Numbered from the stretch's first letter, positions 26,404 through 39,375 are shown. The stretch: DNA of 64,000 nt from Euprymna scolopes (GCA_053919585.1 CM132783.1); one strand, 5' to 3'. A program made the numbers and translations. Notes: generated from the letters alone by a model not told the origin.

Positions 26404-29400
26404 GTATGTTCAAAGTTAGTCGGCTTGACATACGAAAGCAAATCTTGACCTCGAAATCGCATTGGTTAATTTGGAAGATTTGTTTTAATGAATTTAGTTA
26501 ACTAAAACAATTATATTTTAGTAGATCTCATTTTGATTGCTTTAAAACCGATGTTTTAATACTTTAGAAATTTAACATAAATGTTGCACATAGGATGCAC
26601 GTTCATTTAAGTCACTATTAAGTTAGATCGAGACGAATCAATCATTAATGTATCCCGAGCAATGCATAAATGAGAAATTTTGACAAAATATCGATGCTAT
26701 AGTAAAGCAATATATCAGTATAATAAACACCAGATATAAGATATGCGAATAGTTGACCATATGCCTTATAAATATATACTAGGCATTTTCAAGTTTGTTA
26801 CTCTTAGAGATTTCAACTCGTGCGTAAATGTTGTTCAAAATTCATGCCGTTCCCAGAGAATTAAGATAACACATTTTTCTGTGTAAGCTATTATTTTTTA
26901 AAATTTATGCAATACTTATGTATATTTAATTTGTGTTTAATATCCTCCATGAAACTGTGATTACTATTTTCGAATGACATATATAAGTGAATAAATGACT
27001 TACAGACTGAGATATATAAACATTTTCGGGGTGTTTTCTATTCTGCGTCAGTAATTAACACGTGACAGGAAATAGCAACGAAATGTTCAACATACTTTCC
27101 TTTTCATTGTTTTGTGAAAACGGAAAAAAAAAATAATGGTGGGATTTTTAAATGCGAAAATGGCCGTCACTACAATTAAAATGGGTTGCAGGGATGAATC
27201 GACTGCAAATCATTTAAATACTTCTATATGTGTATTAGAAAATCCTATACTTAAAGGAAAGTATAGAGCGGAAAATGTAACCAAATCTGAAACAATACAC
27301 ACACATTCCGACAATCTCTAAATTTATATACATTCGAACGAACATATTAACATACTTATACACATCGAGTAATAGTTTTATGTTGTTATATGATGAAAGG
27401 TGCACAGTGTTTATAATAGGGCGAATATAGGTATGTGTTGTGTAGTATATGGACAAAAGACAAAGACAGATGAGTTATTTACTAGCATAATTCATCGCAC
27501 AGTACAGGCGTTGTACTTCAGTCTGATTAAAACGTGACAGTCCTATTTCTTCTCGTCGTGAACTATTTTCTCTCTCTCTCTTTCTTTCTCCTTTCCTACA
27601 ATCGGAAAGTAAAAAGAATTCTCCCACCGCACTAGACACCGTTTATTATTCATACAGATAAATTTAATGGTTGGGATTTTACGGAGCAGAATTTGACGTA
27701 ACGTAATACTTATTTAAAACCAGGTTATAACTCTGGCAATGACGATTCGAATTATGTGCTCAGGAAAATTCGTAATAACATCGAGGAGCTCAACTTGAAA
27801 GTCAAGCAAGGCCGTATTTTTCTTTCCAGGTAACATCCGTAATAATACCGACGGACTCAACTTGAAAGTCAAATAGTCATTAATTTTCATTCCAAAATAT
27901 AAAATTGATGATAAAAACAACAGCGTGTTTGAAAACTGACGACACTTTCACAATTAAAAAAATATAAAATCTCTAAAACACTAAAGTAAAAAAAAAAAAA
28001 CGTAAACAAAACATCTTCGTGCAAGTTTGCCACTTAATGTTTTCTCATTTTTAGTGTTTCTTTTTGTCTACTATAAACGAAATATTTAATTCTCAGCGAG
28101 ATGCGACTAAAAAAAGTGATGGATTATTTTTTATTTTTTTTGTATTGCTGAATTATTTTGGTCTGTTTTACTCGACATCCAAAAAAGATGATTGTTTTAG
28201 GAGAAAAGTATTTTTCCAGGGCATTAGGAATTAAAACGCGAAATTCAAACTGTAAGTGAAACTTCGTATAACGATTTTTGTTTAGTGTAACAGTGGGGAA
28301 CAAAATACCGGGTTTGACCCTTAGGTTGTTCGAAAATATTAAAACTTTATCAAACATAACACTTGGAACCCCTTTAATTTCTTTATTTTTTCTAACTCGA
28401 AAATGGAGACGGATAGTAGCAGCAATAGAACAATTGGCGGGATTACAAAGCTAAGACCAAGGAAAATAAGTATAATACCAGACACACACAGAAGAACAAC
28501 TTGGAAAACCACAAGAACAACTATGAAAACAACAGGCTCTAAAAACATGAAAATAAACAGCAGAAACTTGAACAATTATTAAATCCACAGGTACAACAAC
28601 ATGAAAATCAACGATAAATGGAAGTTACTTTCTGAAGTCGTTAACAACAATGCATACACTGATAATAATCCTGCATTTTCAAAAATTAATATGGCTTAAT
28701 AACTTCTGCTATTTAGCTGAAGAATACGACTAATTCGCAGTGTATTATATCAAGCATAATAAGTACTTTAGTAGACTGTCAACAGTGGTTCAATCAGAAA
28801 AAAGCCGTTTGCTATTACGCCAACTTGAGACATATGTACATAATAAATTTGTGTTTTATTTTGCCCCGATAAGCTTCACAGCTCTTTGCGCCTATACAGA
28901 GGAGATCCTTACATAACTTTTAAAGCCGAAAGTATTTCCTTTCTGTAAACGATAGAAATGCTTTACATGCACTGTGATGAATTAAAGTACCAGATCTCAG
29001 TGCTGACAAATTCAATTAGCTAATTTATAACGCAAACACTTTCTTAATGCCTCAACGTGGAAATCAGGACACGTGTTTATAATAAACTAGAAAAATAACC
29101 GAGTTTAATTCTACAAAGATTGGCAGAAGACTGTAAGAAAATAAAAAGCATTAAAAAACTTAAAAGATATTGAATGCGGGATCGCGCAAATTAAAAAGTA
29201 GTCGAGCAATCTGAAACACACATGAAAATAAAACACAGCCTAAGAAAAATCGGCTTATATATCTGCACACGTCTAGAAAAGGATTTTCAGAATAAAATTA
29301 CTTCTGCGTATAATCTATGTGGAAATCTTATTTGAGAGAAATACTTCACATGTCAAAAATGTTTGGGATGTAAAATAAAAAAAAGTACACAAAAGATCAC

Positions 29401-29540
29401 ACTGCAGAAACTAAATTAAAATAAAACTCGAGTGCGTTTGACAGAAAGCGAACACCTTGAAGAAGGGTTACGCAAATATACGACGGAACAAATCGTGTAC
29501 AATAAAACAAAAATATTACTATTACACTCCGGTTCAGATT

Positions 29541-29666
29541 GTTACATATAACATTTGAACATATTGTTACATATAACATTTGAACATATTGTTACATATA
29601 ACATTTGAACATATTGTTACATATAACATTTGAACATATTGTTACATATAACATTTGAACATATTG
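29541..29666. repeat. 25-bp tandem repeat x5 (GTTACATATAACATTTGAACATATT)
   Basis: Five identical units. Confidence 0.95.
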
Positions 29667-30446
29667 AAAAAATATAAATAAACGAACAATGTTGAGAAAT
29701 CAGAAAACAGCAAAAAACTTTAGCGGCGCACAAATTAATTTTTAAGAGGAATTTTTTGCCAATGTAACACTATTCCTGTAATATATTTTGTTACTCTATT
29801 CCCATGTTCTGTTTTCGTCGTAACTCTTAGCACCAAATTAAACCCTTTATATAAAGCCAAAGTAATAAAATAAACAACTGCCAATTACTCCAATAAGCAA
29901 ATTACGAAGCTGATTCGTTTTTATTTATAAAATATGTTAACAGCTTTATCTCTGAAATGTTCCGTCAAATTGACACACAAAGACACACACATATATTATA
30001 TCTGTATATGTATGTATATGTACAAATGTATCTGCGTTGTCTTTGTTTAGTTGTGTAGCACGCGTTCGTTTGTAGATAACTACATATGCTTCTAAACACC
30101 ACTCTATTCTTGCACAAACGTAATCTAAATACTTGTAGTCATTAGCGATAAACCATGCCCCCCAGGAAAGGGATATCACACTTTTAAAAATGTTTCACTT
30201 GCGAATTTAGACTAAAATAGCATTTTCCTGTTGAACACACACACAAACACACACACATATATTTGTGTGTATATATATATGTGTGTGCGTGTATGTGTGT
30301 GTTATGGCAGTAGTTTAGTTTCGTAGGAGTACATCCAATGAAACATCATGTGTCTACCAAAAAATGTTCAATGAGTAAACAGAACAGGTATATTAAATTT
30401 ATTTATCATCAATGTTTTTATAAATAAATTATATATATATATATAT

Positions 30447-30496
<50 letters not shown>

Positions 30497-30519
30497 TGTG
30501 TGTGGGTTTGTGTGTAGCG

Positions 30520-31799
30520 TGGGTGAAATAATGTTACCACTTTTAATCATACACAATTTTCAAAATGAACAGTTATTCGAAATCTTATTTATAGATTTTT
30601 GTCAAAAACATCCAATGGGAATTTTATAACGATATCTTCTCATTTTGTCTCTTGTTTCCTACACAGTTCAATAATTTATGACATGTTCGATCCACGCTCT
30701 TCTTCAGTAGATAACAACTGCAACACGCACATTGAAGTTTGTGATGACATTGCCGCACATCTCAAAAGGAATTCGAATTTTCTGACGGATGTTGGTCTTC
30801 AACGCTTCAATGTTGGTTGGTATAGTAGCATCTCTCCTTCAGGTATCCCCATAGGATAGCATGCGGGAGCAAGATCAGCAGAGTAGGCAGGTCATGGGTT
30901 GTTCGTGCTCCATGAGATGTGCCTATCCCCAGGAAAGTACTCGTTGAGGAAATCCAGTGACAAATTTGAGCAATGTACTTGTAAATGATGCTACTCCCTG
31001 TTTCTCCTAAGAGCAAAGATAAATTTCCTTCTTAAAATTTCCACATAACTATCAGTGTTGACAATCAATAAACGACAACGTTTGTCTTCGAAAAAGAATG
31101 GCCCAATGATTCCTTTGCGGCCAATGGCACACCACTCAGTAATCTTTTAAACAATCAAACGGCAAATGACATGTTGATGAGTCTGGGCTTGGGTCACAAA
31201 TATCATATTCTGCTTATTAACATGCTCGTTGAGGTTGAAATGTGCTTCATGACTAAAAAAAAATCAAGTCCAATAAAAGGAGTAATTTTCAATGTGTTGA
31301 CTGATATTTCTACAAAAGGTTAGTCTCTACTCTGTATTTGCTGCCTTCTGAGCTTGAAAATTCTGAATTTTTAGGGAAAGAGATGAAGATCTGTGTTCAG
31401 TATGCGTCTAACAGTGGTCTTTGAGAAGGCAATTCTCCTATGACAAATATCTGATCGATTTTCTTGGTGATTCCTCCAGATGCTGCCTCACAGTCTCAGT
31501 GATGCTGACTGTCCTTGCAGACCAAGGCCTACCACTATGTCCTTTATTCGCATTTGTCACACATCCTGTTTCCCTGAACCACTGGAGATCTGATTGTAAA
31601 AGGAAAAGTCAGTCGTGAATCATCGTTAATTGTAGGTTATCGATTTTGATTAAAACTATGATTCTATGATCTTGACTCTCCTCCATAATATATTGCTTTC
31701 GATTCATTGGGGTCAGAATTAAGTGGTTAGTTGTTGATATTTCTGAAAATGAAAAAAAAAATCGTAATTTTAAAAATTGTCAGAATGTAAAAAATGGTG
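30520..31799 (-). mobile_element. DD41D/rosa-like Tc1/mariner transposase pseudogene, near full length
   Basis: MNRKQYIMEERVKIIES (start ~31707), FSHEAHFNLNEHVNKQN, WCAIGRKGIIGPFFF, PAYSADLAP, LWGYLKE, NFNVRVAVVI..RRAWIEHVINY. Confidence 0.85.
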
Positions 31800-31999
31800 N
31801 NNNNNNNNNNNNNNNNNNNNNNNNNNNNNNNNNNNNNNNNNNNNNNNNNNNNNNNNNNNNNNNNNNNNNNNNNNNNNNNNNNNNNNNNNNNNNNNNNNNN
31901 NNNNNNNNNNNNNNNNNNNNNNNNNNNNNNNNNNNNNNNNNNNNNNNNNNNNNNNNNNNNNNNNNNNNNNNNNNNNNNNNNNNNNNNNNNNNNNNNNNN

Positions 32000-32800
32000 C
32001 TGAGGGTTTTAAAAACATCATAACTTTCGTAATTTTTGTTATATATTTCTTTTATGTTTCCAGATCATCTAGGGTAACCCTTCCAAGCTTATCAGAAATC
32101 GTTACATAAACCGAGGAGCGGATATTTATCGTAGAGTCGTATTTTGGTTGAATAAATTAATATCAGAAACTCAAAGAGAATTTCGACAATACTTTAACAC
32201 AAGAAAATCTCCTACTCCCAATCTAATAAACGCTATGGTGGCTCGATTTCATGAGCAAAGGTCTGTATGTGTGCTCCCTTACTCTGGAAGACGCCGTACG
32301 GAAAGAAGTGATGATAATCGTTAGAGATTAGCAGAGGGTATGGCCGAGGATAAAAAGGATATCAAGTCAAATTGGGGTCCCTCGATCAATGGGGCTCCAG
32401 CAGGACGGTGCAACGGGGCATATGGCACGAGAAATATGAAATCTGCTCCAGAGCATATTCGGCAACCGAACAATTTCTCGTGGATGTGAGATAAATTGGC
32501 CACCCCTCTTCCAGACCTCACATGTGCATATTTCTTCCTTTGGGCTTACCTCAAAAAGCGGGTATACGTAAACAAACCAGCCACAGTAAATACCCTTAAA
32601 AACAATGTGGAGTAGGAAATTAGGGCCATAAGCCCTGAAACATTAAGTGATGTGCTAAACAATGTCCCGCAGAGAGCACAGGAGTGTGAAAATGAAAATG
32701 GTGGATATTTTATTAATATCATTTTTCATAACAAAAATTAGACCTTGTGCAAAACATACTCTAGATTAAATTGTGTAAATAAAATTAGAATAAGACAACT
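32000..32800 (+). mobile_element. Internally deleted DD41D/rosa-like transposon
   Basis: EERIFIVESYF..TQREFRQYF..SGRRRTERS (HTH) joined to LQQDGATGH, NWPP..PDLT, FFLWAYLKKRVYVNKP, ECENENGGYF. Confidence 0.85.
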
Positions 32801-33359
32801 ATATTATTTTGCTATATCCCGCAAAACTACGACCTGGCTCATCTACCAACATATGAAAATAGGTTAGCATAACTTAAATATTGAGGAACTTTCCCCAATT
32901 TAAAATCCGTCAGCTTCTNNNNNNNNNNNNNNNNNNNNNNNNNNNNNNNNNNNNNNNNNNNNNNNNNNNNNNNNNNNNNNNNNNNNNNNNNNNNNNNNNN
33001 NNNNNNNNNNNNNNNNNNNNNNNNNNNNNNNNNNNNNNNNNNNNNNNNNNNNNNATTAAAGTTAGTACTAATAAATCAAACTCAACATATACTTGGCAAA
33101 CGCTACATTCTCTAATATTTTACAATACCTTTTCGTAATATCGTATTGTACGTGATTCAAAATATGTTCTATANNNNNNNNNNNNNNNNNNNNNNNNNNN
33201 NNNNNNNNNNNNNNNNNNNNNNNNNNNNNNNNNNNNNNNNNNNNNNNNNNNNNNNNNNNNNNNNNNNNNNNNNNNNNNNNNNNNNNNNNNNNNNNNNNNN
33301 NNNNNNNNNNNNNNNNNNNNNNNNNNNNNNNNNNNNNNNNNNNNNNNNNNNNNNNNNNN

Positions 33360-33665
33360 AATAACTCTGTCAATTTTCAGTCTACAGACTCGGAATTTGA
33401 TACACAGGGTACTGAGATTTGGAAAAACTTTTGTTCCCCGTTTTCGGCTAGAAATTTGGCTGTTAAGGAGTCAAAGTTAAACGATTAGTATCTTGGAGAG
33501 CTCTACCAAACTCCTCGCCAAATTTGGGTCTAAACACTTGAAAGTTTAGATATAGATCTGTTGGACATGGATCGTACTTAATAACTTGATTTGAGCCCAA
33601 AACAATAAATGTTAACGGGTCATAATAGTGGTCAAATTTTAAAAAAAATTGACCGCTTTTTTATA
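33360..33665 (+). mobile_element. Second, partial copy of the 2818-3244 Helitron-like family
   Basis: Collinear with 2889-3190 (aataactctgtcaatttt...gggtactgagatttggaaaaa...ctctaccaaactcct...ggtcaaatt). 5' end lies in the N gap. Confidence 0.85.
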
Positions 33666-33856
33666 TATATAAATCATACCATGTAAATGATTTTAATAAT
33701 ACTATTAAATAACCAGTGGTTCAAATGCATAATAGATAATTAGAATATAGAAAAAATAACAACGGATAAAATTAAGTACTCGTTAAAATAATGCACTCAT
33801 AAAAACATTGTAGTACGGGTGATGCACATCAATAAACACATACAGGAACAAAGTAT

Positions 33857-34235
33857 TTATTTATTTATTTAAATGCTGCTCACATCAGCATTATTTGGCA
33901 CAAGGCCAGGAAAGTGGGATATCCGCAGGCTCCCCTAAAGGAGGGGCACTCCTGCAATTTTAAAAATTGCCCGAGTAACCCCGTCGGCATTCCCCGGTCG
34001 GGGCGCCTCAGGCAGCAAGCAATAAACTTGCCCCACCGAAAAGCCCGGTGGCAAGGCCTGGGAGGGTGGACCTCCTAGGTATTACCCAGGCGGTGTGCCT
34101 CAGTCCAACAGGTGCTGAGCCGGTTCCCGGCCCCTCACCTGTTGGGCTGAGTGTCAAGTGACGAATCCTTGACTTGCACTACCCAGTCTCCATGCAGCCG
34201 AAGCCGCTAGGAGACATCCCATCATCTCAAGAGAG
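33857..34235 (-). mobile_element. GC-rich, highly structured non-coding retroposon (SINE-like or LINE 3' UTR)
   Basis: Perfect 16-bp TSD TACAGGAACAAAGTAT (33841-33856 and 34236-34251), (TAAA)n 3' tail on the minus strand, many hairpins. Confidence 0.9.
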
Positions 34236-35612
34236 TACAGGAACAAAGTATGCTACAAATTCAAGCAAGTAAATCAGTTGAGTATAAAAATAAACTAAAA
34301 GAAATATAATCGGATTATAATGATTTTTATATTTTATTAATATGATAATATATATTATTTATTATGGTTTATATCATATTTACTTACTCTATCTCTCTAT
34401 TCATTTGGAAATTTTGAAATCTTGAAAGTGTACATAGAACTTTGTTTTGATAGTTAATAGTATTTACTGTTAATTTTCCATGATATATTTTTTCTTGAAA
34501 AATATAAAATTACGTACACCATTTGCTAAATCTAAAATGGAATATTTAAATTCGATCGACTGCTATTAGAGTTTACATATTTAGGTACATAGTTATAATA
34601 GATAAATATGATTATTTTTTATATCTGTTTAATATTTCAAATTCTATCCTTAGTGATCAGTAAATTATAAGTATGAACATCGTATTAAAGTTGAACTATT
34701 ATTTTGGCCTTACATTATTTTTTGAAGGAAACATATCGTTACCGAATAAACTTTTCGAGGAAATATCACTGAAATTCCTTCATAAATTCGAAATAGTTAA
34801 AATTATTTATTTGCTTCAAAGTATTAATATAAAAAAAAACTTTTTAATGTAAATTAAATTATGACCAGCGAATTTCACAAGGGAAGTCGCCTCTGGTCAA
34901 AGCCCAAAAGTCAATCGTGTATAAATGTTAATGTATTTCAAGCATTATTGAGACACATATATTGATTGGTAGCGGTAACCTCTGGAAAAAATAATTATTT
35001 TAAGTACATTTCTGCATCACAAAGTCACCTAATTTAGGCAGCCGGAAAGCAGCACTTCGGTATTGTGCCGCACGAACGTGTTGTTATAGAAAAGAAAACT
35101 TAGCTCATAAAATCCTCGTTTGGGGATAAATATACTGTAAATGCGTTTTTGACAGTGGCTATTTATATGCAAACGTTTGTTCTGAAGATTTATCGAATAG
35201 AAGCTCAGTCGAGCACCTGCTTACAATATAAAAATAGAGCAGGAATAGGGTCACAACGAATCTCCTGTGAGGATACGATAATCAGAAAGAGAAAAGTACA
35301 TTGTCTTCTTGATTTGTAAGATATAGAAAAGATAGCCTAAAGCACCTTCTTCCCAGTTGTATTGTACTCTTATATAGACGGGAGCGCTTGATGCCATAGG
35401 AGTTTTACGAATTTTTAAGAATTTACTATTTGATAAAAGAAACTTAACTATAACTGCATTCGTGGACACAATGATGCATATACTAAGTTTCCGTTCTATT
35501 TAATAGGCGCTGACAACAACCTTTTCTTTGTAAATATTTTATGATTATTTCCAATGAATAAGTGTTATTTACTTTATTTGACAAAATTTATCGACGTTTC
35601 TTGCCCCCCCAA

Positions 35613-35675
35613 ATTAAACAGTACTTTCATTAGATAATGAGTGCAGCACATTATCTAATGAAAATATTGTTTAAT
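35613..35675. other. 63-bp near-perfect inverted repeat (hairpin)
   Basis: 27-bp arms with 2 mismatches around a 9-nt loop. Confidence 0.8.
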
Positions 35676-36730
35676 ATGAATATAATATTGTTGATTAATA
35701 AGTTCTCGCTTGTGTCCAATGTCTTTTTTGATTCAAGTTATTAATGTTGTAGAACTGATTCAAGACTTCAGTATGGAATATTTGATTCATTTGAAAATTC
35801 GAACGCAATTTATTCAAACAAGCCTACTCCTAGTTAGCGACAATGTTCGGCTTGATTTGAATCAAATTCACTGATAAACTATAATTTCAAATGCGGTGTA
35901 AAATATAACTCAAGTGTGAATTGCGCATGAGATTTCGCAACTTCAACTGCGATGTGTTAAATTAATGGCGGAAATAATACATTGCGCACCAATGTACTTC
36001 ATTCTCAAGGCATCATTTTTAATATCAGTGCCTCGTAAAGATATACGCATCAAAATATATATTCAGCACATGCATGTAGTTTTCTGTCTCGATGTTTTAT
36101 ATTCTTGGTCGATATTGGAAGTAGGATACNNNNNNNNNNNNNNNNNNNNNNNNNNNNNNNNNNNNNNNNNNNNNNNNNNNNNNNNNNNNNNNNNNNNNNN
36201 NNNNNNNNNNNNNNNNNNNNNNNNNNNNNNNNNNNNNNNNNNNNNNNNNNNNNNNNNNNNNNNNNNNNNNNNNNNNNNNNNNNNNNTTGTATGTCTTTCT
36301 CTCGGTTTGCCCGTTACATATTTTATTCGAAACTACTGACTCTTTTTTGCTGAAATTTTGTATAGGATTTTGTTATATAATCGAGTGCCGTATAATGATA
36401 TCTGTTCTATGTAAAATTACGGATGAATAACAATTAATAGAGATTACTCACCACAATAACATGTTTACTCTAGAAGTTATATCGGATACTACTGGGGAGA
36501 TCTGTATGGGTGAGTCATGGTATTTACAGCGAAATAAATATTATAGTTTCCCTTTAATACTGAGTTAAGTGTTTATACAGATTTATAAGAAATAGGATTC
36601 GATAAAAGAAGTGGCATACATTCAAACATATGCACTATCAATGTAAATAAATGCAGTCATTGTAAGTCAACAAGCTATATTATTTGCTAAATTTTGCGGA
36701 ACTTAATAGTCTAGAGAATTAAAACACATT

Positions 36731-36799
<69 letters not shown>

Positions 36800-37461
36800 T
36801 ACATTTTTATAATTAAAACTATTTCTTAAAATCCCATTCTTTATAGACTTTTATCAGGAGAAAATACACTGTAAAGTGAGTTTTATTTTCATATCATTTT
36901 AATAAATAAATAATAGAATTTCACCTATAAACAAATATACCTCTACACAAGTTTTACTCCTCTCTAACTTTCTACAACACGTTGTAATATATACGGTATT
37001 CATGCGTCATACTTAAGCCACTTCGACTCACCTTATTAAGTCTCACAAGAAACATTTTTATATTTTTCCTGGTCCGCTTTTCTATTTGTCTGTTTCTCTT
37101 TTTTACATTTTCAAATAAACTACACAGTCGATTTTGCTAGATTTGTATACAGAGTTTAGTTATAATAGTATGCAGCGAATTATGTATTGCGTATTGTGGG
37201 ATGCACAGTAAGGAGTATTAAAAGAATTATAACGACTTAATTATAAAGTTTCTACTTTTTATGAAAACTAATCGATGAATTTGGCGGATTTAAAAAAAAA
37301 TCTCTTGATACATTAAGGTGTAGCGACTAAGTATGTCTGGTGCACAAAATAGGGCTTAGTATTTAATGCGACAATGATAACTATTTCAATCGTATTTTAC
37401 CATTAACTGCGCATAAACCTTTTATTCTATACCGATACGCTATAACTTTTGACTGTTTGTC

Positions 37462-38913
37462 ATAATACACCTTTAATAAGTAAAGTATTATAGCTAGGAC
37501 AAAAAATACACCTTTAATAAGTAAAGTATTATAGCTAGGACAAAAATAATACACTTTTAATAAGTAAAGTATTATAGCTAGGACAAAAATAATACACCTT
37601 TAATAAGTAAAGTATTATAGCTAGGACAAAAATAATACACCTTTAATAAGTAAATTATTATAGCTAGGACCAAAATAATACACTTTTAATAAGTAAAGTA
37701 TTATAGCTAGGACAAAAATAATACACTTTTAATAAGTAAAGTATTATAGCTAGGACAAAAATAATACACCTTTAATAAGTAAAGTATTATAGCTAGGACA
37801 AAAATAATACACCTTTAATACGTAAAGTATTATAGCTAGGACAAAAATAATACACTTTTAATAAGTAAAGTATTATAGCTAGGACTAAATAATACACATT
37901 TAATTAGTAATTTATTATAGCTAGGACAAAAATAATACACCTTTAATAAGTAAATTATTATAGCTAGGACCAAAATAATACACTTTTAATAAGTAAAGTA
38001 TTATAGCTAGTACACAAATAATACACCTTTAATACGTAAAGTATTACAGCTAGGATAAAAATAATACACTTTTAATAAGTAACGTATTATAGCTAGGAGA
38101 AAATAATACACCTTTAATAAGTAAAGTATTATAGCTAGGACAAAATTAATACACCTTTAATAAGTAAAGTATTATAGCTAGGACAAAAATAATACACCTT
38201 TAATAAGTAAAGTATTAAAGCTAGGAGAAAAATAATACACTTTAATAAGTAAAGTATTATAGCTAGGACAAAAATAATACACCTTAAATACGTAAAGTAT
38301 TATAGCTAGGACTAAAATAATACACCTTTAATAAGTAAAGTATTATAGCTAGGACAAAAATAATACACCTTTAATAAGTAAAGTATTATAGCTAGGACCA
38401 AAATAATACACCTTTAATAAGTAAAGTATTATAGCTAGGACAAAAATAATACACCTTTAATATGTAAAGTATTATAGCTAGGAAAAAATAATACACCTTT
38501 AATAAGTAAAGTATTATAGCTAGGACAAAATAATACACTTTAATAAGTAAAGTATTATAGCTAGGACAAAAATAATACACCTTTAATACGTAAAACATTA
38601 TAGCTAGGACAAAAATAATAAACCTTTAATACGTAAAGTATTATAGCTAGGACAAAATAATACACTTTAATAAGTAAAGTATTATAGCTAGGACAAAAAT
38701 AATACACTTTTAATAAGTAAAGTATTATAGCTAGGACAAAAACAATACACCTTTAATACGTAAAGTATTATAGCTAGGACTAAAATAATACACTTTTAAT
38801 AAGTAAAGTATTATAGTTAGGAGAAAAATAATACACCTTTAATAAGTAAAGTATTATTGCTAGGACAAAAAATACACCTTAAATAAGAAAAGTATTATAG
38901 CTAGGACAAAAAT
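37462..38913. repeat. 43-bp minisatellite, ~34 copies (AATACACCTTTAATAAGTAAAGTATTATAGCTAGGACAAAAAT)
   Basis: Period 43 bp (for example 37591 to 37634), head-to-tail, no unique spacers. Confidence 0.97.
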
Positions 38914-39375
38914 TGTCGAAGGAAAGAAAATATCATAATTGAGAAAAATATAATTTAGTGAAAGTAAAAAAAACAGTACATGAAAATATATAATAATCTA
39001 ACAATAATCAGTTTTTTTTTTATTTAAAGTGTAAGTTTGCCTTGTGAAATCAATCTTTTTGCAGACAATGCCATATGAGAACAGTACATAACACAAGGTC
39101 GACTGCTGTTTTCAATATAAGTATTTATTAGCTATAATTTCCCGGCGCTATCCAGCATCATTGTATTTTATTTTTGTTTTGCATTTATCTGAAATATGTT
39201 GCCCTTTATATAGAAGAGTCACAATTTATAAAAGAAAGTTTTATAACGTATTTTACTATCCTGGTATTTTATCATGAAATTGTTAAATGGAACACATATT
39301 AATAAACTCTATGAAATGTTATTTTTTATTTTTGTTCTCTAGTTATAAAATAGAGAAATTAACTAATTTATAAAG

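Noticed and set aside
28413-28570. Short Thr/Asn-rich ORF (METDSSS...)
   Set aside because: Under 60 aa, compositionally biased, no recognisable motif.
33857-34235. 7SK, SRP, RNase P/MRP or HDV-like ribozyme identity for the structured insert
   Set aside because: GGAUGU...AUCC closure and an AUGUG-loop 3' hairpin recall 7SK, but the GAUC motifs are missing. GUC-UCCUAGC-GGC resembles HDV P3/L3, but no P1 partner is present. No SRP helix-8 or RNase P/MRP P4 consensus was seen.
37462-38913. CRISPR-like array
   Set aside because: Units are contiguous with no unique spacers, the context is eukaryotic, and no cas genes are present.
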